A DNA stretch of 44,529 nucleotides from Chitinophagales bacterium (GTDB lineage Bacteria; Bacteroidota; Bacteroidia; Chitinophagales; Chitinophagaceae): positions 1 to 44,529 of the forward strand of contig JBBPZJ010000291.1 in the NCBI GenBank assembly GCA_038199395.1, read 5' to 3'. This document shows, piece by piece, positions 36,805 to 44,529 of the stretch (within the stretch, counting starts at the first letter, position 1; every line of letters begins with the position of its first letter). The notes beneath the pieces were generated by a model. The model did not search any database. It was not told where the DNA came from and saw nothing but the letters and a program-made list of their open reading frames with translations. A program made the position numbers and the translations under genes.

Positions 36805-39534
36805 ATGCGTACTAAAGGAAAACTGTCTATAAAATTATTAATTGCTCTCACTATTGTTATTCTTGCAGGTGTTTATTCCACGACCATTAAGAAGACTTTC
36901 AATGCTCCTGAAGACACTAACCCTAAAGTTCAAAAACTTAAGTTACCGCCAAACTTCAGAGCAGAACATTTATATAGTCCTTCTGAGGCGGGAAATGGTT
37001 CGTGGGTATCGATGACCTTTGACGACAAAGGCAGAATGATTACTTCCGATCAGTACGGTTATTTATACAGGCTAACTATTCCTCCGATTGGTGCAGATAC
37101 AAATACCAACAAAATTAAAGTTGAGAAATTAGAAATCAGGGTTGAAGGAGACACAACCAATACTAAAATAAAAATGGGGTTTGCTCACGGTCTGTTATAT
37201 GCATTTAATAGTCTGTATGTGATGGTCAATCATAACCCTGATTCTGTAATGAATAAAAACAGCGGTCTTTATAGGCTGCAGGATACAAATAATGACGACC
37301 AGTTTGATAAAATCACACTACTGAAAAATTTAGTTACTCCCGGTGGAGAGCATGGTCCTCATAGTATCGTATTAGCCCCTGATAAAAAGTCGATTTATGT
37401 TGTAGCTGGAAATCATACTGACCTACCTCCGATGGATGCCTATCGTTTGCCTAAGACATGGAAGGAAGATAATTTATTTCCTTTAATAAAAGACCCCAAC
37501 GGTCATGCCAATGACCGCTATGCTCCGGGCGGGTGGATTGCTAATATAGATTCAACAGGCACTAAGTGGGAATTAATCAGTGCGGGTTATAGGAATCCTT
37601 TTGATATTGCTTTCAACGTAGACAACGAATTATTTGCTTATGATGCCGACATGGAGTGGGATTTTGGAATGCCCTGGTATAGACCTACCCGTATTTGCCA
37701 TGTAACCAGCGGCAGCGAATATGGTTGGCGGACAGGAAACAGTAAATGGTCCCCAACTTATCCTGATAACTTGCCTGCTGTTATAAATATTGGGCAGGGC
37801 TCACCTACTAACCTTATAAGTGCAAAGAATGCGAAGTTTCCCGAGAAGTACAGGCGCTCTCTTTTAGCCTTTGACTGGAGCTTCGGAATTATATACGCGA
37901 TTCACTTAAATCCTGAAGGATCTTCGTATAAGGCAAATGCAGAAGTATTTGCTTCAGGTTCTCCTTTGCCTCTTACTGATGGCATTATTGGCCCTGATGG
38001 CTCGCTCTATTTTCTTACCGGCGGACGCAAACTTGATTCTGATCTTTACCGAGTTTATTATGGCGAGAACACCAGTTCAAATGCACCTCTGACTTCAAAT
38101 CTTACATCTGCACAAAAGCAGGCGCAAAACACAAGGAAACAACTCGAAGCTTTTCATGGAGATCCTGATCCTAAAGCAGTAAATACTGCATGGCCTTATC
38201 TCAAAAACCCTGACCGTTTTATTAGATATGCCGCTCGTATCGCTGTTGAACATCAACCGGTATCTGAATGGCAGGAAAAAGCTTTATCAGAAAAAGATCC
38301 TCAGATATTAACACAGGCAATGATTGCTTTGGCTCGCACAGGCAGCCCTGATCTGAAGTCAAGAATGATTAATGCAATATCTGCTATAAATTTTGCGCAG
38401 TTACCTGAGTCGCAAAAAATAGATGTAGCAAGAGCAGTTGAGCTACTGGTTTTACGAATGGGCAAACCAGAAGGCGCTGATTATAAAAGGTTAATTGCTT
38501 ACTTAAATCCTAGATTTCCTGCATCAACTAATGAACTAAATCGCATATTAAGTAAAGTACTAGTGAATTTAGACGCACCGGGAGCAGTAGCTAAAACGAT
38601 GGCTTTATTGGCTGTCGCAAAAGATGATGATAATGGCCAAAAAACCTTCACCAGCTCATCAGACCTTGTTGGTCGCAATCCCCAATATGGTCTTGATATT
38701 GCCGGAATGCTTGCAAAAACTCCTCCTGCACAAAAGATTTATTATGCTACAGTTCTAAGTGAAGCAAAAAATGGCTGGACTCCCGCATTGCGTGAAAAGT
38801 ACTTTCAATGGTACAATACTGCCTTTGGTTTTAAAGGAGGTAATAGCTATATCGGATTTATAGAGAAAGCCAGAAAGATGGCGCTTGCAAACGCTTCGAA
38901 AGAAAAATTTGAACACTTCAATTCTATATCTGGTAACTCGTTATTAGTAACAAAAGGAAGAAATGTTGCTGTTGTTGGTAATCCTAAAGGTCCGGGAAGA
39001 GACTGGAAAATGGAAGATGCATTGAACGTGGTTAACAACGACTCCACCGACCGGGATTTTGCACAAGGTAAAATGCTGTTTACCGCTGCACTTTGCAGTA
39101 ATTGCCATAGTATGAAAGGTGAAGGCGGCGGTGCAGTAGGACCAGATCTCTCGCAACTCGGCACTCGTTTTTCTAACAGGGATATACTCGAATCAATTAT
39201 TTTACCTAGCAAAGTAATATCTGATCAGTACGCAGCTACCGATTTTATAATGAAAGACGGTTCTACTATAACAGGAAGGCTAAAAAATGAAGAGAATGGA
39301 AAGTATTACATTTCAATGAATCCTTTCTCACCTCAGACACTCCAGGTGATTCAGAAGAAAGATGTGGCGAGTACAAAGCTTTCCAATGTATCTATCATGT
39401 TTCCGGGTACGATTAACAGGTTAAATAAGGAAGAATTGAAAGACCTGCTTGCCTACTTAACCTCCGGAGCCAACAAAAATCACGAAGTATATAAACCAAA
39501 AGCAAATAAAGCTACAACAGCATCAGTAAAATAA
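36805..39534 (+). CDS. PVC-type membrane-anchored dehydrogenase-like propeller, helical repeats and C-terminal c-type heme domain
   Basis: N-terminal TM; GEHGPH, GYRNPFD and WYRPTR; HEAT-like DRFIRYAARIAVE; CSNCH...GPDLS...ESIILPSKVISDQY. Confidence 0.85.
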   Translation: MRTKGKLSIKLLIALTIVILAGVYSTTIKKTFNAPEDTNPKVQKLKLPPNFRAEHLYSPSEAGNGSWVSMTFDDKGRMITSDQYGYLYRLTIPPIGADTNTNKIKVEKLEIRVEGDTTNTKIKMGFAHGLLYAFNSLYVMVNHNPDSVMNKNSGLYRLQDTNNDDQFDKITLLKNLVTPGGEHGPHSIVLAPDKKSIYVVAGNHTDLPPMDAYRLPKTWKEDNLFPLIKDPNGHANDRYAPGGWIANIDSTGTKWELISAGYRNPFDIAFNVDNELFAYDADMEWDFGMPWYRPTRICHVTSGSEYGWRTGNSKWSPTYPDNLPAVINIGQGSPTNLISAKNAKFPEKYRRSLLAFDWSFGIIYAIHLNPEGSSYKANAEVFASGSPLPLTDGIIGPDGSLYFLTGGRKLDSDLYRVYYGENTSSNAPLTSNLTSAQKQAQNTRKQLEAFHGDPDPKAVNTAWPYLKNPDRFIRYAARIAVEHQPVSEWQEKALSEKDPQILTQAMIALARTGSPDLKSRMINAISAINFAQLPESQKIDVARAVELLVLRMGKPEGADYKRLIAYLNPRFPASTNELNRILSKVLVNLDAPGAVAKTMALLAVAKDDDNGQKTFTSSSDLVGRNPQYGLDIAGMLAKTPPAQKIYYATVLSEAKNGWTPALREKYFQWYNTAFGFKGGNSYIGFIEKARKMALANASKEKFEHFNSISGNSLLVTKGRNVAVVGNPKGPGRDWKMEDALNVVNNDSTDRDFAQGKMLFTAALCSNCHSMKGEGGGAVGPDLSQLGTRFSNRDILESIILPSKVISDQYAATDFIMKDGSTITGRLKNEENGKYYISMNPFSPQTLQVIQKKDVASTKLSNVSIMFPGTINRLNKEELKDLLAYLTSGANKNHEVYKPKANKATTASVK

Positions 39535-39783
39535 ATCGAAATTAAAAGCAAGAGTTAATACTGCTAAATAACGAGATACGGTAACGGGATACACAACAGT
39601 ACTGAATGTTGATAGGTTGCTTGTACACCCAAATCTTATGAATTTGCTTAAAGCTTTGTATTTTTTGCGTCAATGCTATCCTATGACTGCTACGTTGGTG
39701 TAAGATATAGCAGGTTGTAGAAGTTCTTCTGTCCATTTTAAGCGTAACACCTTTATATCAAAATATAAAAAGGAGAAACAGGT

Positions 39784-40836
39784 TTGTTAGTTCATAATTG
39801 GAAAGGCAAGATTTCTAATGCAGCACAGTTAGGTGGTATAGAAACGTCTGTAATGGACAACGGGGCCGCTCGCGGAACCCGAATAGCATGGATAAACACT
39901 GGAACAGGACTCCGGTTTAAAGTGGTGCTCGACAGAGCTATGGATATAGCTGATACTTTTTTTAATCAGCATAGTATTGCGTGGTTAAGTCATGTAGGCG
40001 TAACATCTCCCCAGCCGTTTTCAAATGCGGGTTTGGACTGGCTTAAGACTTTTGGAGGAGGATTATTAACGACTTGTGGATTGACTCATGTTGGCGGGCC
40101 GGAGGCAGATGAATTTGGGCAACGTGGAATACATGGAGAAATAAGTAACCGTTCCGCAGAGATTGAATCGATCATTCAACCGGATCCTGTTGTCGGTAAA
40201 TTAGAGATGAGCATAACAGGAAGGATGAAGGAAACACAGGCTTTGGGACCAAATCTCGAATTAAAAAGAACAATTTCTGCAACACTCGGAGAAGCGGCTA
40301 TACGAATTCATGATGAGGTATCGAACCGGGGAAACATGCCTGCGCCCCATATGCTTTTGTATCATTTCAATTTCGGCTGGCCTTTAGTAGATGAGGGAAC
40401 TGAAATAATATGGGAAGGCAAATGGCAGCCTCGTGAAGGTAACAGCAATAAAATTTTTAAAGAAGGAAACGATTATCGCAGATGCCCCGCTCCCTTAAAT
40501 GAGCACAATGGCAGAGGCGAGGAGGTGGCAATGATAGATATTAGTGCGGATGCCTCCGGATTATGCACCTGCGGACTTTATAATAGTAAGCTTGGATTAG
40601 CGATGTCGCTACGGTTTCGAAAAGAACAGTTGCCGTGGCTGATGAATTGGCAACACTGGGGCACAAATGAATATGTGACCGGCATTGAACCTGCAACGAA
40701 TCAGTTAATTGGCCAGGCAAAAGCGAGGGAAAGAAAAGAACTAATTTTTCTACAACCGGGAGACAGCCGAACCTATGATTTGGAAATAGAGGTATTTGAT
40801 AATCAGGAGAAGATTGAGCTATTTCTTAAAAAATAA
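39784..40836 (+). CDS. Aldose 1-epimerase-like protein (DUF4432)
   Basis: DRAMDI, GGLLTTCGL.H.G, HG.IS, LYHFNFG and GIEP. TTG start, with an in-frame stop at 39766. Confidence 0.85.
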   Translation: MLVHNWKGKISNAAQLGGIETSVMDNGAARGTRIAWINTGTGLRFKVVLDRAMDIADTFFNQHSIAWLSHVGVTSPQPFSNAGLDWLKTFGGGLLTTCGLTHVGGPEADEFGQRGIHGEISNRSAEIESIIQPDPVVGKLEMSITGRMKETQALGPNLELKRTISATLGEAAIRIHDEVSNRGNMPAPHMLLYHFNFGWPLVDEGTEIIWEGKWQPREGNSNKIFKEGNDYRRCPAPLNEHNGRGEEVAMIDISADASGLCTCGLYNSKLGLAMSLRFRKEQLPWLMNWQHWGTNEYVTGIEPATNQLIGQAKARERKELIFLQPGDSRTYDLEIEVFDNQEKIELFLKK

Positions 40837-40862
40837 AATCCTACTCTTTAAATATAAATATT

Positions 40863-40940
40863 ATGAGACTTTTTCCAATAAGTATTAGAAAATTCCGGTT
40901 TTTATCGAAGCACTCAAAGGTCCCCATTCCACCAACTTAA
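40863..40940 (+). CDS. Possible 25-aa upstream peptide in the susC leader
   Basis: MRLFPISIRKFRFLSKHSKVPIPPT*, with an A-rich initiation region and A at -3. Confidence 0.25.
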   Translation: MRLFPISIRKFRFLSKHSKVPIPPT

Positions 40941-41035
40941 ATACTACTTCTCTTGTTCCCTTGAATTAAAATTTTAAAAGGAATACCCCCAAAAAATAAT
41001 ACCAAAATTTATTTTAAACGATTGCTTATCAAATT

Positions 41036-44000
41036 ATGAAACAAAAAATCTCAGAGAGGAAAAAGTTTACAGTTGTGCTTTTTCTTTCGCTATTAGTGTG
41101 CTTGGGAGCATGGGCTCAAACAAATGTAAGGGGAAAAATTACTGATGATAAAGGGGTGGGCTTATCAGGAGCCTCTATATTACTAAAAGGAACAACAACC
41201 GGTGCGGGCACTGATGCAGACGGTAACTTTTCTATAAATGTGCCTTCAGGTAAAGGGACTTTAGTTGTCTCAAGTGTTGGTTTTGTTACCCAGGAAATGC
41301 CTGTAAACGGCCGTAGTAATGTTAGTGTTTCATTATCTCCGGACGTCAAGTCGCTTGAGAATGTAGTCGTGGTGGGCTACGGAAGCCAGCTAAAAAAGCA
41401 AGTAACAGGAGCTGTTCAAACAATTAATGAAAAAGAGCTTAAAGATTTACCAGTTTCGCAGATAGGGCAAAAATTGCAGGGCCGTTTGGCTGGTGTTCAA
41501 ATTAACCAGACAACAGGTAAACCCGGCCAGGGCCTGAATATCAGAATTCGTGGGCAGTTATCTGTTTCTGCAGGTAGCGACCCGTTATATGTGGTTGATG
41601 GTTTCCCGCTTACAGGCAATATTGGTGCTGTTAACCCTGACGAAATAGAAACGATTTCTATTTTAAAAGATGCTGCCTCAACTTCTTTGTATGGATCCAG
41701 GGCGGCTAATGGAGTAGTTCTGATCACCACTAAAAAAGGAAGAAAAGGTCAAACAAATATGAGTTTCAATACCTACGCAGGCACACAGCATGTACCCATG
41801 CGCGGAAGGGTAAAAATGATGGATGCAGTTGAGTTTGCTCAATTTAAAAAAGAATATTATGAAGATGCAGGTCAACCGGTGCCGGTTGAATTTCAAAACC
41901 CTGCTCAATATGAAGGCAAGAACAACGACTGGTACGGAGCACTGTTAAGAGATGCACCTTTGCAAAGTTATAACCTGACACTTACTTCAAATACTGAAAA
42001 GTTGAACACTGCATTAGTTGCGGGTGTGTTTGACCAGCAAGGGGTTGTATTAAATACCAGATACAAAAGATATTCACTCCGGATGAACTCCGACTATTCG
42101 GTTTCTGATAAAGTGAAAATTGGATTTAATTTAGCTCCCCAATATGTTTTTGACAATACACCGAGAACAGACGGCGACAGGGGGACAGGCATTCTTTTTA
42201 ATGCGTTACATACCTGGCCAGTAATGCCTATTTACGATGCAAGTGGTCAATTAACTAAGTTTAATCAGTTTCCCGGCAGCACAGGTAACATTTTCGCTTA
42301 TCCTAACTGGGTAAGAGCGGCACAGGAGTTGGTAAATGAGACAAAAAATGTCAATATTATATCAAACGCATATCTTCAATACCAGCCTATAAAGGGGTTG
42401 ACTTTAAAATCTACTATTAATGTCGAATACCTGAATTCGAGGTTCTTCTTTTTCAATCCTTCAACAGCTACCAGTCAAATTAATGTTCCTATACCAACAA
42501 CGGCTGTTTCGATCAGGCAAAATGGTGAAAGCATAAGCTGGCTGAACGAGAACCTGGCTACCTATACAAAGAGCATTGGGGAACACAACTTTGAACTTTT
42601 AGGGGGATTTACTCAACAGAAATTCAGCCAAAATTCTACTCGTATCCAGGCCGATACCTATGCTGACGACAGACTTCCTACCATTCAGGGAGCACTTAAT
42701 ATAAATCGCGGCGGAACAAACAATCAGGTAAACGAATGGGGCTTGAATTCTTTTCTTTCCAGGTTGACGTATAATTTCAAAGGCAAATACTTGTTAACTG
42801 CTTCGGTTCGTACCGACGGGTCTTCCCGCTTTGGAGTTAACAATCGCTGGGGTACCTTCCCTTCGGCTTCTGCAGGGTGGGTTATATCAGATGAAAATTT
42901 CCTGAGGGACTCCAAAAAAATATCGTTTGCAAAATTGAGAGCCAGTTACGGTGTAATTGGAAACAACAATATTGGTAATTACACGCAATATGCACTTGTT
43001 AACAATACTGTAAACGCAGTTTTTGGAAACACTGTTGCTACTGGCGCCCAGGTAGTTTCGCTTGCTAACAATAACCTCGGTTGGGAGACAACTAAACAAA
43101 TTGATGTGGGTTTAGACTTGGGCCTATTCAACGACAGAATACAATTTACATATGACTTTTACACCAAAAACACTACTAATTTATTGTATAGTGTTCAGGT
43201 TGCTCAAGAAGCAGGATTCAGCAATTTTAACGACAACATCGGTGAAATTAAATTTTGGGGTCATGAGTTTGCCGTAACTACAAGGAATACCGAAGGAAAA
43301 CTTAGGTGGACTACCAACGCGAACATCTCCTTTAACCGCAACAGGGTATTAGCTTTGGCTGAAGGAATAGACAGGGTATATGGTACTTTCCACATTACGC
43401 AAGTAGGGCAGCCATTTGGGCAGTTTTACGGCATGGTATCAGAAGGGTTGTATCTAAACCAGGCTGATCTTGACAAGAGCCCCAAAATTCCTGGTCGTTC
43501 TACTGTAGGTAGTATAAAATTAAAGGACGTAAACGGCGATGGTGTTATTACCTATGGTGGCAATTTTGACGACAGAACGATCATAGGTAATCCATTTCCT
43601 AAATTTACCTATGGCATCGTTAATAGTTTAACATACGGCAACTTTGACTTCAGCGTGGTCGGGTCGGGGTCTTATGGCAACCAACTCTTTGTTCGGCACA
43701 TCTATAGCACAGCAAATCTGGATGGTGTTTTCAATTTATTGGAAGAAGTAAAATACCGTTTCCGATCTCCTTCTAACCCAGGCAAAGGATTTTTTGGAAC
43801 AACCGTTGGAGGTGGCAATGTAACCGGCATAGAGAGAGACTGGATCAATAGCCGTTTCGTAGCGGATGCTTCCTATTTTACAATCAAAAATGTTACCCTT
43901 GGCTATAACATCGGAGTCAAGAATAAGGTTTTTAAATCTGCCCGCGTTTATGCCTCCATTCAACAGCTCTACACTTTTACTAACTACTGGGGAGGTCCAA

Positions 44001-44122
44001 ATCCGGAAGTAAGTTCTCAGGCGAATGGTGATGGTGATGGCGGTAATTTAAGCCAGGGTGTAGACTTTTCCAGTTACCCTGTTCCTCGTACGTACACTTT
44101 AGGCGTTAATCTTAATTTCTAA
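41036..44122 (+). CDS. SusC/RagA TonB-dependent transporter
   Basis: VVVGYG, PLYVVDG, ILKDAASTSLYGSRAANGVVLITTKKG, LGWETT and terminal YPVPRTYTLGVNLNF. Confidence 0.97.
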   Translation: MKQKISERKKFTVVLFLSLLVCLGAWAQTNVRGKITDDKGVGLSGASILLKGTTTGAGTDADGNFSINVPSGKGTLVVSSVGFVTQEMPVNGRSNVSVSLSPDVKSLENVVVVGYGSQLKKQVTGAVQTINEKELKDLPVSQIGQKLQGRLAGVQINQTTGKPGQGLNIRIRGQLSVSAGSDPLYVVDGFPLTGNIGAVNPDEIETISILKDAASTSLYGSRAANGVVLITTKKGRKGQTNMSFNTYAGTQHVPMRGRVKMMDAVEFAQFKKEYYEDAGQPVPVEFQNPAQYEGKNNDWYGALLRDAPLQSYNLTLTSNTEKLNTALVAGVFDQQGVVLNTRYKRYSLRMNSDYSVSDKVKIGFNLAPQYVFDNTPRTDGDRGTGILFNALHTWPVMPIYDASGQLTKFNQFPGSTGNIFAYPNWVRAAQELVNETKNVNIISNAYLQYQPIKGLTLKSTINVEYLNSRFFFFNPSTATSQINVPIPTTAVSIRQNGESISWLNENLATYTKSIGEHNFELLGGFTQQKFSQNSTRIQADTYADDRLPTIQGALNINRGGTNNQVNEWGLNSFLSRLTYNFKGKYLLTASVRTDGSSRFGVNNRWGTFPSASAGWVISDENFLRDSKKISFAKLRASYGVIGNNNIGNYTQYALVNNTVNAVFGNTVATGAQVVSLANNNLGWETTKQIDVGLDLGLFNDRIQFTYDFYTKNTTNLLYSVQVAQEAGFSNFNDNIGEIKFWGHEFAVTTRNTEGKLRWTTNANISFNRNRVLALAEGIDRVYGTFHITQVGQPFGQFYGMVSEGLYLNQADLDKSPKIPGRSTVGSIKLKDVNGDGVITYGGNFDDRTIIGNPFPKFTYGIVNSLTYGNFDFSVVGSGSYGNQLFVRHIYSTANLDGVFNLLEEVKYRFRSPSNPGKGFFGTTVGGGNVTGIERDWINSRFVADASYFTIKNVTLGYNIGVKNKVFKSARVYASIQQLYTFTNYWGGPNPEVSSQANGDGDGGNLSQGVDFSSYPVPRTYTLGVNLNF

Positions 44123-44163
44123 AAAGAACTGAATTATTTTTTAAAAATCATTATTACAACACA

Positions 44164-44529
44164 ATGAAAACAAAAGTTATAGTAACCTGGCTAATAGGTT
44201 TGGGGTTAGCGGGCTGTTCTAAAAACCTCGAAGTGGTGCCTGCGACAACTTTAAGTTCGGCTACCTTTTTTACCCAGGAAGCGGATTTCAAACAAGCGGT
44301 CAATGCAACTTATGTACCTCTCAGGCCAATTTATAATGACCGGGACTGGCTTTTAGGCGAGATGCATTCTGACAATACGTATTACTTTCGTAACATCCTT
44401 TTTGGAGCTACAGAACAGCAGGAAAATATTGCTGATTTCAGTTTGCCTACTTCCAATGGTCTTACTACCAATACACATGTACTCAATGAATACCGCTTAC
44501 TTTACCAGATCATAGCACGTGCAAACCAG
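44164..44529 (+). CDS. SusD/RagB lipoprotein, truncated by the window end
   Basis: MKTKVIVTWLIGLGLAGCSKNLEVVP...AVNATY..L...EMHSDN...YQIIARAN, directly after susC. Absent from the ORF track. Confidence 0.92.
   Translation, partial: MKTKVIVTWLIGLGLAGCSKNLEVVPATTLSSATFFTQEADFKQAVNATYVPLRPIYNDRDWLLGEMHSDNTYYFRNILFGATEQQENIADFSLPTSNGLTTNTHVLNEYRLLYQIIARANQ

Noticed and set aside
1-44529. CRISPR array, rRNA/tRNA, prophage, integrase, retron/DGR or defence system
   Set aside because: No repeat-spacer periodicity, RNA gene signatures, or reverse transcriptase, nuclease or recombinase motifs were seen by eye.

Overview
AT-rich Bacteroidota chromosome segment, probably Chitinophagaceae (inferred from gene content and protein style). 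The left ~4.8 kb is accessory. It holds a 228-codon membrane-protein ORF that runs off the left edge and is missing from the ORF track, a 185-bp MITE-like element (19-bp inverted ends, one DnaA-box 9-mer in each arm), an intact stand-alone CheB-like methylesterase with a C-terminal Cys/His metal finger, and a convergent, multiply frameshifted paralog. The middle (4.9-27.5 kb) is mostly housekeeping: nusB-DUF1573-yajC-coaE, groES-groEL, FKBP, pfkA-pyk-nagB, arginase, crtA-like, a J-domain protein, prmA-plsY, an M48 peptidase, dnaG, LEA_2 and wbqC. The right end encodes a T9SS type-B-CTD PKD protein with its PorP/SprF partner, two exported alpha/beta-hydrolases, a cytochrome c, a 909-aa propeller/helical-repeat/cytochrome-c protein, a DUF4432 epimerase-like protein and a SusC/SusD pair. 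I saw no rRNA, tRNA, CRISPR array or intact transposase, and no unmistakable new system. The best leads are (1) the orphan CheB-metal-finger module beside a possible Cache-like membrane sensor, (2) a possibly redox-coupled SusCD locus, (3) a structured GC-rich leader upstream of nagB, (4) the DnaA-box MITE and (5) sigma54-like promoters at groES and other genes. All calls come from reading the sequence by eye; no searches were run.
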